DNA of 43,340 bases, from contig JBBQYG010000012.1 of NCBI GenBank assembly GCA_038208905.1, positions 1 to 43,340 of the forward strand, given 5' to 3'. Below the pieces are notes generated by a model, which saw only the letters and a program-made list of their open reading frames with translations, did not search any database and was not told the DNA's origin. This document shows, in pieces, positions 8,262-16,376 of the stretch. Made by a program: the position numbers and the translations under genes. Each line of letters starts with the position of its first letter. Position 1 is the first letter of the stretch. The DNA comes from Candidatus Sumerlaeia bacterium. GTDB lineage: Bacteria > Sumerlaeota > Sumerlaeia > SLMS01.

Positions 8262-8325
8262 GGCTCGGGCGAGACGCCCAAGCTACCTTGGAAGGCTCGG
8301 GCGAGACGCCCAAGCTACCTTGGAA
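8262..8325 (-). repeat. Two tandem 32-bp copies of a GTAG-type REP-like palindrome
   Basis: (GGCTCGGGCGAGACGCCCAAGCTACCTTGGAA)x2. On the minus strand GTAG is followed by the hairpin CTTGGGCG-TCT-CGCCCGAG. Confidence 0.75.
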
Positions 8326-8433
8326 TGCGACAGGACTTTCGAGAGCCACACTGAAGTCTCCCTCATGCCCCGGCTACAGCAGGCCAAGCGCCGGGCGCGA
8401 CGCTCCCAAGCGACCCAATTGAAAGCGGAATAG

Positions 8434-8539
8434 CCACTGCCCGCTTAAGCGGGCAACCCATTGCCGCCGGCTTCAGCCGGGGGACCCCGGCTACCAATGA
8501 TCCGAGCGCGCTTCAGCGTGCTTGCTCCCGGCTTCAGCC
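8434..8539. repeat. ~106-bp multi-hairpin repeat unit, copy A
   Basis: Hairpins CCCGC-TTAA-GCGGG, CCGGC-TTCA-GCCGG, GCGCGC-TTCA-GCGTGC and GGC-TTCA-GCC. Near-identical to 9165-9272. Confidence 0.9.
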
Positions 8540-8986
8540 ACTCTCCCCCGCATCGCCCTCGTCGAATCCCCAGTGCTCCAGCTTCTCTCGCGTTGTTCCC
8601 TTGGCGTGGTGCACCTTCTGGCCGAGAACATACCGGCGTAGCGCGGGCAAATCTCTCCCGGCGAAGCTGACCACCCCGTAGCCTCGCTGCCACGCCAGCG
8701 TGCTTGCGCCGAACTCGCGATTCACATCGAACGAACTCGCTCCCTTGACCTTGCCGATGAACTGCGCGGGGCAAAGGTGCGGCTCGACTTGGAGCAGCAG
8801 ATGGACATGGGTCTCTGTTCCGCCCACCTCGATGAATCGCGATCCCTTCGTTGCGTCACAATACTCGCGGAAGAATTGGAACAGCCGGGCCTCGATCTGC
8901 GGATGGATCAACGGGGCGTCGTATTTGCAGTGCCAGTTGAAGTGGAGGAAAATCTCTGAATAGACATGTGTGGACACGGAGAGCAT
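8534..8986 (-). mobile_element. tnpA: IS200/IS605-family TnpA (Y1 HUH) transposase, probably REP-associated (RAYT-like)
   Basis: LHFNWHCKY, HUH motif THVHLL, KGASS, WQRGYG, RRYVLGQKVHH. No tnpB. Flanked by palindromic arrays. Confidence 0.9.
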
Positions 8987-9090
8987 GGCTGAAGCTCCGG
9001 AACAAGCACGCTGAAGCGCGCTCGGGAATTGATTGGGCAGCCTCCCTCCGGCTTAAGCCGGAGGCAAGTAGAGTCCCGCTGAAGCGGGAC
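8987..9090. repeat. Inverted, diverged copy of the multi-hairpin unit (copy B)
   Basis: GGCTGAAGC..AAGCACGCTGAAGCGCGCTCGG..CCGGCTTAAGCCGG..CCCGCTGAAGCGGG is the reverse complement of the unit A layout. Confidence 0.8.
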
Positions 9091-9164
9091 AAGAACCAGG
9101 AACTCCCAAAGCTCCTCAACCATCCCGCAAGCCCGCTCCAACGGGAGGATTCGGAGTTTCGTCC

Positions 9165-9272
9165 CCACTGCCCGCTTAAGCGGGCAACCCATTGCCGCCG
9201 GCTTCAACCGGGGGACCCCGGCCACCAATGATCCGAAGCGCGCTTCAGCGTGCTTCCCCTCGGGCTTCAGCC
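9165..9272. repeat. ~108-bp multi-hairpin repeat unit, copy C (direct repeat of A)
   Basis: CCACTGCCCGCTTAAGCGGGCAACCCATTGCCGCCGGCTTCA... shared with 8434. Confidence 0.9.
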
Positions 9273-9645
9273 GCTCTCTTCGCATCGACTGTGGCGCCGA
9301 GGCGATGCCGGAGAGCGCTTGCTCCCCGCCGCCAGCCACTTCCCCCCGCGCATCAGGCAGGATTCCACCACGGTTGCTCCAATCCGCCGAAATTCCCCCG
9401 GGAAAAAGTGCTCGAATTGGCATATTTTCACAAAATCTTGCTTGCCGTCGTGCGAATGTCGCGGTCCAACTTCATAGTTGGGTAAGATTTCACTCGACGG
9501 GAGGGTAGGGATCGGTATCACCTGATCGAGACCGGACGGGCTCGGGGCCCTTTAGCCGAAATGATGCGAACGAGTTGCTTCGCCTCATCCCAGGCTCAAT
9601 TATCCCGATCAAGCCGGCGATACCACCTTCAGGAGAACAAGTGAG

Positions 9646-10476
9646 ATGAAGAAGATAATCTACAGCGCGGCAATCGCCGCAGTCGCCATGGCCGCCGCCC
9701 CGGCGTATTCGCAGCTCCCCGCACTTCAGGATTTCACGGGTCTCAACTTGGCCGAGTTGAATGGCCAGGGCGGATGGAACTTCAGCGGCACGAACACGAC
9801 CCCCGTTATCAACGTCACGACAGGCGACGTGGACATCGTTGGCCTTCCCGCGCAGAGCGGCGACCGTTCCATCACCATTGAGGGTTTGGGTCAGGACGTC
9901 GGCCTTTCCTTCGGATCCGCCATTACTCCCACTGGCGGCGCCCTGTATGCCTCCTTCGCGATCGTCGTGACGGCGACGGCTGGCAATTTGGATGCCGACA
10001 CCCCCCCCACCAACCCCTCCGCCAGCAATAACGACGACGATTACTTCTTCCACTTCACAGAGGGAATTCTGGCCAGCGGTTCCGGCTTTCGCGGCCGAAC
10101 CTTCATCGACCGTGGCGCCACGGGATTCTATCTCGGTGTCCGCACGACCTCGGGAGATCCTGGCACCTACGCCCCCACTGAGTACGCATTTGGTACGCCG
10201 ACCTTCGTCGTCGTGAAGCTCAACTTCAATCCGGGCATCACGGACGACACGGTCCAGATTTTCGTGAATCAGGCAGTTGCCTCGGAGCCTGTTTCCGCCG
10301 ACGCCACGGAAGCGACCGCGATCGACTTCGCAGCCATCGGCCGCATTGGCTTCCGTCAGGATAGCGTTCTCGAGACCCCCAACATCCGGATCGATCAGGT
10401 TCGTGTTGGCGAGACGTGGGCCAGCGTCGTTCCCGTCGCCCCCTCCGCCGTCTCCGACTGGTCGATGTTCAACTAA
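9646..10476 (+). CDS. Secreted beta-sandwich-like protein with C-terminal W-x-M-F motif
   Basis: MKKIIYSAAIAAVAMAAAPAYS signal peptide and AGGAGA RBS. IDQVRVGETWASVVP is followed by VAPSAVSDWSMFN*. Confidence 0.85.
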   Translation: MKKIIYSAAIAAVAMAAAPAYSQLPALQDFTGLNLAELNGQGGWNFSGTNTTPVINVTTGDVDIVGLPAQSGDRSITIEGLGQDVGLSFGSAITPTGGALYASFAIVVTATAGNLDADTPPTNPSASNNDDDYFFHFTEGILASGSGFRGRTFIDRGATGFYLGVRTTSGDPGTYAPTEYAFGTPTFVVVKLNFNPGITDDTVQIFVNQAVASEPVSADATEATAIDFAAIGRIGFRQDSVLETPNIRIDQVRVGETWASVVPVAPSAVSDWSMFN

Positions 10477-10507
10477 GTCGTCCCCGCCTCACCCGTCTTA
10501 AATCAAC

Positions 10508-10546
10508 CGGGGGCCGCGCAATCATCGCGCGGCCCCCGTTCTGTTT
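10508..10546. terminator. Intrinsic terminator between convergent genes
   Basis: CGGGGGCCGCGC-AATCATC-GCGCGGCCCCCG followed by TTCTGTTT. Confidence 0.75.
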
Positions 10547-10582
10547 CCATTCCCCGTTCCCTATTCCCCATTCCCAACCGTC

Positions 10583-12001
10583 CTACCCCTCGTCCTTAAC
10601 CTTGTCGAACGTCTGCTTGTTGTTGGCGCAGCGATAGGCGTCGCGTCCGGTGATGATCTTCTGGGCGAGGAGGGCGCCGAGGGAGTCCTCCATGAGTATC
10701 ATGCCCTGGCGCTTGCCGCCCTGGATCATGGAGGTTACCAAGTGGAGCTTGTTCTCCTTGATCTGGGTCGCCACGCCGCTGGTGTTGACGAGGACCTCCA
10801 GCGCGAGGGCGCGGCCCTTGCCGTCCACGCGGGGGATAAGCTGCTGGCTGATGACGCCGCGCAGGGATTCGGCGACCATGACGCAGATCTGCTTCTGCTG
10901 GCTGATGGGATAGGCGTCGACGATGCGCGCCACGGTGCGCGCCGCGCTGCCGGTGGGGAGCGTGCCGAAGACGAGATGGCCGGTCTCCGCCGCGCTGATG
11001 GCGATGGAGGTGGTCTCCAGGTCGCGCATTTCGCCGATCAGGATGATGTCGGGATCCTCGCGCAGGGCCGCGCGCAAGGCGTTGGCGAAGCTCATCGTGT
11101 GGCGGCCCACCTCGCGCTGGGTCACTTGGCAATGCTTCGCCGGGATCACGTACTCGACGGGGTCCTCCACGGTGATGATGTGGTCGTGGCGGGCCATGTT
11201 GACGAGGTCCACGAGGGCGGCGACGGTGGTCGTCTTGCCGGAGCCCGCAGGGCCCGTGACCATCACGAGGCCCTGATTGTATTCGGTGAAGACGCGCAGG
11301 CTGGCGGGGAGGCCAAGCTCCTCCAGCGTGGGGACAGAGGAGCGGATGATGCGGTAGGAGCCGTCCCACCCGAGGCGCTGCTTGAAGATGTTGCAGCGAT
11401 GGCGCCCGACGCCCTCGATCTCGAGCGCGAAGTCGAGCTGCTGGTTGTCCGCCGCCGTGGCGCGCTGGTCGTCGTTGAGGCCGGAGAAGTTGAGTTCCTC
11501 GGCGCGCTCCGGCGTGAGGATGTCCATCTCCATGTAGCGGATCTGGCCGTGGAGCCGGACGAACGGCGGGCGCCCGACGGTGAGGTGAAGGTCCGAGCAT
11601 CCCCAATGCCGCGCGAGGCGGAGAAACCCGACGAGTGTCTTGGGCTTGGAGAGGGATTCGCCCTCCGCCGTGGCGATGGAACTGGGGGCGGGCGACGGCG
11701 GCGCCGACGCCACGCGCGTGGTGGGCGGCATCGCCGCCGCGGCAGACTGGTTGGCCATGCGCTGGGCGGCGGTGGGGGGCATCTGGCCAACGGATTCGTC
11801 GCCCTGGCCGGAACCGCTGCCGAGCTGCGCGTGGAGGTCGGCCAGTTGGCTCTCCGTCACGAGAAGCCGCGCGAGCAGGAGTTGGCCGAGGTCGCTGGCC
11901 ACGCCGGCGTCGATCTCGTCGTGGATCATCTCCGCCTGCTTGCGCGTGAGGAGCCTGCCCTGCAGCGCCAGCTCCAGCAATTGTCGATCGGATTCCGTCA
12001 C
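10583..12001 (-). CDS. PilT/PilU-family ATPase with N-terminal helical extension
   Basis: CSDLHL, GPAGSGKTTT, EDPVEY, QREVG, ALREDPDIILIGEMRD, AETGHLVFGTLPT. Probable GTG start at VTESDRQLL. Confidence 0.88.
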   Translation of the reverse strand: MTESDRQLLELALQGRLLTRKQAEMIHDEIDAGVASDLGQLLLARLLVTESQLADLHAQLGSGSGQGDESVGQMPPTAAQRMANQSAAAAMPPTTRVASAPPSPAPSSIATAEGESLSKPKTLVGFLRLARHWGCSDLHLTVGRPPFVRLHGQIRYMEMDILTPERAEELNFSGLNDDQRATAADNQQLDFALEIEGVGRHRCNIFKQRLGWDGSYRIIRSSVPTLEELGLPASLRVFTEYNQGLVMVTGPAGSGKTTTVAALVDLVNMARHDHIITVEDPVEYVIPAKHCQVTQREVGRHTMSFANALRAALREDPDIILIGEMRDLETTSIAISAAETGHLVFGTLPTGSAARTVARIVDAYPISQQKQICVMVAESLRGVISQQLIPRVDGKGRALALEVLVNTSGVATQIKENKLHLVTSMIQGGKRQGMILMEDSLGALLAQKIITGRDAYRCANNKQTFDKVKDEG

Positions 12002-12098
12002 GGGTGGGAGAGCCTTCCCGCCGGCGAGCCCACGGGCCCCGGCGCAGCGAATCGTCCTTGTAGGGGAAGCTGGCGGTCGCAGGCTGAAAGGGTCAAGG

Positions 12099-12209
12099 GG
12101 GGGAACGGCGGGAAAAACGGAAACAGCGGGAACAGCGGAAAAAACCGCTACCCTCGTCCATTCCGTCAATGCTGTCGATCTGGTCAATCTCGTCCATTGC
12201 GCCCATTCC
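12099..12209. repeat. Two adjacent degenerate 9-nt tandem repeat tracts
   Basis: GGGAACGGC/GGGAAAAAC/GGAAACAGC... followed by GTCCATTCC/GTCAATGCT/GTCGATCTG/GTCAATCTC/GTCCATTGC. Confidence 0.65.
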
Positions 12210-12363
12210 GCCCGGGAAACCACCACTGGCGACCCTGATTTTCCTTATTTCATTGCATCGGTTCTTTGCCGGTTGACTCGGAACGCGGAATGCTTTGCGG
12301 TGTAACCACTTACACGAAATCATGTGTAGGGAAATTCACGGAACCGCCCGATGGGAAGCCGTC

Positions 12364-13092
12364 ATGGAACAGAAATACCCGTCATTTGTGGCCTTTGCAA
12401 CGCTCCAATCCTTCGTGCAGTTGCAGGAATTGCTGGCCAAGTGGCGCGTGGAGCCCACGCCCGATATCGTGACCGATGCGGCGCGCTATGGCTTTCGCAA
12501 GGCCATGGAGTCGATGTTTCCGGGCCTCCCCAAGCACCCCTTCGCCATCGATCCGCAGGCCGACATCGAGCAGGGGCTGCATCTGTACTACACCCATAAC
12601 GCGTCCCCGGCGGTGGTGGCCCAGGGTGCCACCGGCGGCGATCCCAGCACCCGGCGCCAGAAGCCCGCGATTGTGCCCAAGGCCCTGTATGTGCAGCCAG
12701 CGGCGGACGAATCCTCCTCCCACCGGATGGCGCGCCCCAGCGGCGTGTTCCGCGTTCCCGCGGGGAGCCGCGTGTCCGACACCTCGGTGCGGCGCGCGGC
12801 GGATGTGAATCTGTCCCCGCCCGATACGCCCACGCCCCAAACCCCCGAGGACCCCCGCCGCGCGGCGGCGATGTCCGCGATGGCAAACAAGCTCTATCCC
12901 CGGCGCGCCGACGAAGAGAGCAGTCGCCAACCGCGCGAGATTCCCGATCCCGGCGCGGCCACCATCCGCGAGCCCGCGGCCCAAGCCGCCGCCGCCACGG
13001 AACAGCGCGTCTCCGCCACCCGCCTCCGCCCCATCGAGCGCCAGCCCGCGCCGTGGCAGCGCAAGGAAAACGACTCGATCGACGAGGTGTAG
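12364..13092 (+). CDS. Hypothetical protein (folded N-terminal ~80 aa, disordered Pro/Ala/Arg-rich tail)
   Basis: GC3-biased ORF filling the gap between the pilT-like gene and DUF1015. ATG at 12364. Confidence 0.65.
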   Translation: MEQKYPSFVAFATLQSFVQLQELLAKWRVEPTPDIVTDAARYGFRKAMESMFPGLPKHPFAIDPQADIEQGLHLYYTHNASPAVVAQGATGGDPSTRRQKPAIVPKALYVQPAADESSSHRMARPSGVFRVPAGSRVSDTSVRRAADVNLSPPDTPTPQTPEDPRRAAAMSAMANKLYPRRADEESSRQPREIPDPGAATIREPAAQAAAATEQRVSATRLRPIERQPAPWQRKENDSIDEV

Positions 13093-13220
13093 GGGAAGGC
13101 AAGGCGAGGCAGGGAACAGCGGGAAAAACGGGAAAGGCGGAATCGGGGGGTTGTATAGACAAAGCACGGAGGAGGGCCTGGTCGGCTTCTCCTCCGTGCT
13201 CTCTGTGTACTCCGTGGTAA
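13093..13220. repeat. 9-nt repeat tracts between convergent genes
   Basis: GGGAACAGC GGGAAAAAC GGGAAAGGC and CTCCGTGCT CTCTGTGTA CTCCGTGGT. AGCACGGAG pairs with CTCCGTGCT. Confidence 0.55.
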
Positions 13221-13234
13221 ACGGCCTTTGTTCG

Positions 13235-14593
13235 TCAGCCGAAGCCGACGTTGAGGTCCCGCAGCACCATGCCGCTGAGAACCTTGGGATTGAAGCAGGT
13301 GGAGTTTTGCGGCATGAGTTCGCCGTTCTCGGCGATTTCCAGGACGCGCTCTTTCTCGATGGGATTCATCAGGAAGGCCACGCAGCCCTTGCGGCGCTTG
13401 ATCAGGTCCAGCGTCTCGGTGATGTCGCGGGTGTAGATGATATCGTCCTCGTCCAGTTCGACCTCGGGATTGCCGATCCATCCGCGGGCGATGATGAAGC
13501 GGTGCAGGATGGTCACGTCCTGGCTCTTCACGAGCTCCGACATGAACTCGGCCTCGATCATCTCGTCCAGCGCCGCCTTCTTCTTGAGCCGCAACTCGAA
13601 GGCGCGTCCGCCGGGGAGCGCCATGACGAACTGCGCCTTGCAGTCCTTCTTGATCTCGAGGTGCTTCTGCACGGTTTCGGTGGCCTTGTCCAGGTGGGCA
13701 AGGTCCAGCTTGAACTCCTTCACATCGAAGAACTCCTCGATGTCCTCGATCACCTCGTCCACGTCCACGTCGATGCCAAGGTCGCGCGCGAGCACGCGGT
13801 GGACGGCCTTGGTTGTGATCGCGGGATCGTCCACGTTGTTCAGGTACATGAGGCAGAAGTCGTAGGGTTGGCGGCCGTCGCGGCGGCCGGTGTTCTCGCG
13901 CATCTCGTCGCGATAGGCCAGCGCGGTCTCGTAGCGGTCGGTTCCGTCGGCGATATACAGGCGCAGGTTCTTCATCGCCTGGTTGATGGCGAGGATGGGC
14001 TCCTTCTTGTGCAGGAGCCAGAGGCGGTGAATGCCGCCCTGTGAATCCTTGACTTCCTCCTGGGGCTTGGGATCGACGGCCTTGTGGAGGATCTGGTCAA
14101 CCTCGTGGGCCTCGTCCTTGTAGAGCGCGACGATGGGCTCCGCGTTCACGTTGCTGGCCTTGAGGAGATAGAGGCGGTCCATGCGGGGGGCCTCGTAGGT
14201 CATCTCGTGGGCGCGGATCTTCCCGCTGCGGTAGTCCTGCAGCTTGACGAGGGCGAGGAATCCGCGGCGCTTGTAGCGCTTGCGGCTGCCGGGGAGGGAG
14301 AACTCGTACTCGTAGACGTAGAAGCACTTGCGCTGCTCGTCCACCAGGAGGTTTTGCGCCTTCCACTCGCGATACGTTTCGGCGGCGCGGGTGTAGGGGT
14401 TGTTGGAATCGTCGTCGCCGGGAGCCTGGAATCCGCAACTCAGGCGGACGACGTTGTACTTGTCGAGTTCGTGAAGCTGCTTCTGCTCCTCGGGAGAGAC
14501 GGCATCGAAGGGCGGCGAGAGCATGTTGCCCAGATTGAGCGGATGTTCCTTCGTGTTGAAGCGGGTGCCGGCGAAAGGCAGGACGTCGGCCAT
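13235..14593 (-). CDS. DUF1015 family protein (variant motifs)
   Basis: MADVLPF.G.R, SPPFDAVS, FYVYE, IRAHEMT, LYIADGTDRYETAL, GELMPQNSTCFNPKVLSGMV. Confidence 0.88.
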   Translation of the reverse strand: MADVLPFAGTRFNTKEHPLNLGNMLSPPFDAVSPEEQKQLHELDKYNVVRLSCGFQAPGDDDSNNPYTRAAETYREWKAQNLLVDEQRKCFYVYEYEFSLPGSRKRYKRRGFLALVKLQDYRSGKIRAHEMTYEAPRMDRLYLLKASNVNAEPIVALYKDEAHEVDQILHKAVDPKPQEEVKDSQGGIHRLWLLHKKEPILAINQAMKNLRLYIADGTDRYETALAYRDEMRENTGRRDGRQPYDFCLMYLNNVDDPAITTKAVHRVLARDLGIDVDVDEVIEDIEEFFDVKEFKLDLAHLDKATETVQKHLEIKKDCKAQFVMALPGGRAFELRLKKKAALDEMIEAEFMSELVKSQDVTILHRFIIARGWIGNPEVELDEDDIIYTRDITETLDLIKRRKGCVAFLMNPIEKERVLEIAENGELMPQNSTCFNPKVLSGMVLRDLNVGFG

Positions 14594-14812
14594 GAGGAAA
14601 GATGCCTGTTCCAATAGGAGTTTTCTGGGCGGTGCGCGGGCGCGCCGTTTGGGGCCCCCCAAAAACGCGGGAAGGGTGTCCACAGGGGGTTGCCCTGTCA
14701 ACGGGGAAGGGCGGGGGTTTGCCGGGGGCCCATCGCCCGCGCCATTCCTGTTGTGTGGCCCGCGCCGCCGCCGCAGGATGGTGTCGGTTTCGCTGCTCCG
14801 GCGGGTTTCGCC

Positions 14813-15667
14813 ATGTCCTCCACGCGCCAAAAGACATTTTCCCGGATCGACTTGGTCGCCGATCTCCGCGAGGCGGGGATCGAGGCGGGCGACGTGGTGG
14901 TGGTGCACTCGGCGCTTTCCCGCGTGGGGTGGATCCTCGGCGGGCCGCACGAGATGGTCCGCGCGCTGACGGAGGCAGTGGGCCCCCGCGGCACCATCGT
15001 GATGCCGACCTTCAGCTTCAACCTGGCGAGCTGGCACCTGCCGCCCTTCGACCCGTGGCGGACGATGAGCCGCGTGGGCGTCCTGACGGAAGCCTTCCGC
15101 GTGGCGCCCGACGTCCACCGCACCCACCACCCCACACACAGCGTGGCGGCGCGGGGGCGCCTTGCGCAGGACATCGTCGCCGGGCCCATCGGCTACGAGC
15201 CGCTGGGGATCGGCAGCCCGCTGGACCGCGTGCGGCACGCGGACGGAAAGATCCTTCTGATGGGCGTCGGCAACAATCGCAACTCGACGGTCCATCTGGC
15301 GGAGTCGCTCGCGGGGATGCCGTATCTGACGATCCCGTTCATCGACGGCGCCCGCGAGGAAAGCGCGTGGTACATCGACGCCCGCGGGGCGACAGCGCGG
15401 CACCTGGCGATTCGCGAGGTGCCAGGTTCCTCGGAGGGATTCGACGCCTTGGACGCCATCCTGCCGGAGCGTGGCGTGGCCCGCGAGGCAACCATCGGCG
15501 ACGCTCCCGCCTGGATCATGGGCTCGCGCGAATTGTGCGACGTGGTGGTTGAGTTGCTGGGCGAGGACCCGTTGTACTTGCTGCGCGGGGCCAACCCATC
15601 GGAGATTTCCCTTCGGCGCAGGCGCCACATGCAGTCCCAACTGGAGAAGGAAGGAAACACGGCTTGA
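14813..15667 (+). CDS. AAC(3)/YokD-family N-acetyltransferase (Antibiotic_NAT)
   Basis: GDVVVVHSALSRVGW..GG, GTIVMPTFS, GVLTEAFR, HPTHSVAARG, GSPL, ILLMGVG..NSTVHLAE. Confidence 0.88.
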   Translation: MSSTRQKTFSRIDLVADLREAGIEAGDVVVVHSALSRVGWILGGPHEMVRALTEAVGPRGTIVMPTFSFNLASWHLPPFDPWRTMSRVGVLTEAFRVAPDVHRTHHPTHSVAARGRLAQDIVAGPIGYEPLGIGSPLDRVRHADGKILLMGVGNNRNSTVHLAESLAGMPYLTIPFIDGAREESAWYIDARGATARHLAIREVPGSSEGFDALDAILPERGVAREATIGDAPAWIMGSRELCDVVVELLGEDPLYLLRGANPSEISLRRRRHMQSQLEKEGNTA

Positions 15668-16278
15668 TGAGCACCGCTCCCCAGCACGCGATCGGGCGAG
15701 GCCCCCTGTGGGAGGCGACGCTGGAGGACCTGGCCTCTCGATGGCTCGACCTTCCCGCCAACGGGTCCATCGCCGCGGAGTTCACCCCGGAACAGATCGC
15801 GCGGCGCGTCACCGAGCGCGTCGGCCGCGTCCGGCGCTACTGCGAAGTCCCGGCGGCGCCCGCGCTCGACTCACCCCGACGTTGGGAGACCAGTTGGCGG
15901 CGGGAGAAAATGCGCGACGCGATTCTGGCGGCGCTGGAGCGGCAAGGCTGGAAGGTCTCCATCAGCGGCCGCCGCAACATGTCGGCCCCGGAAATCGCCT
16001 CTGCCTTTCCCATCGGCGAGCAGACCATCGTGCTGGAGTGGTGGGTCATCGAGGAGCGCGCGCGCCGCCTCTCCGAGGCCGGCCTCCTGATTCCCTTCTC
16101 CGCGGATGACGCCATGGTGTTGATGCTGGCGGAGGAACTCTTCCTCGCCTCGGCCACGCGAATGGGCAACCCGCCCGCCCACCCGTGGATCGACGAGCTG
16201 GCGCGCCACCTCTTCGCCAAGGACGTGCTCGGCCTGCCGTTCACGCCGCTTGCGGCGGAGTTGGCAAGAACCCGGTAG
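15667..16278 (+). CDS. Hypothetical protein
   Basis: ATG overlaps the upstream stop (TGATG); coding-like GC3. Confidence 0.65.
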   Translation: MSTAPQHAIGRGPLWEATLEDLASRWLDLPANGSIAAEFTPEQIARRVTERVGRVRRYCEVPAAPALDSPRRWETSWRREKMRDAILAALERQGWKVSISGRRNMSAPEIASAFPIGEQTIVLEWWVIEERARRLSEAGLLIPFSADDAMVLMLAEELFLASATRMGNPPAHPWIDELARHLFAKDVLGLPFTPLAAELARTR

Positions 16279-16376
16279 GCGCACGCCACGCTTCCAGATC
16301 CTGAAGCGCGCACGATCATGGCGCTGGGCCCGGTTGTTCCTTGCCACGCAACCGCCCCCTTGGTGATTGCTTCGGC

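Noticed and set aside
8262-9272. Possible CRISPR array
   Set aside because: Repeats are adjacent or ~106 bp multi-hairpin units with no regular unique spacers, and there are no cas genes; they fit REP-like elements.
8534-9272. TnpB/omegaRNA system
   Set aside because: No tnpB or iscB ORF next to tnpA.
9415-9445. Sigma-54 promoter (TGGCA...TTGC)
   Set aside because: Spacing between GG and GC does not match the -24/-12 consensus.
13235-15640. 801-aa ORF as one protein
   Set aside because: Only the part from ATG 14593 is DUF1015; the upstream part is the antisense of the acetyltransferase gene.
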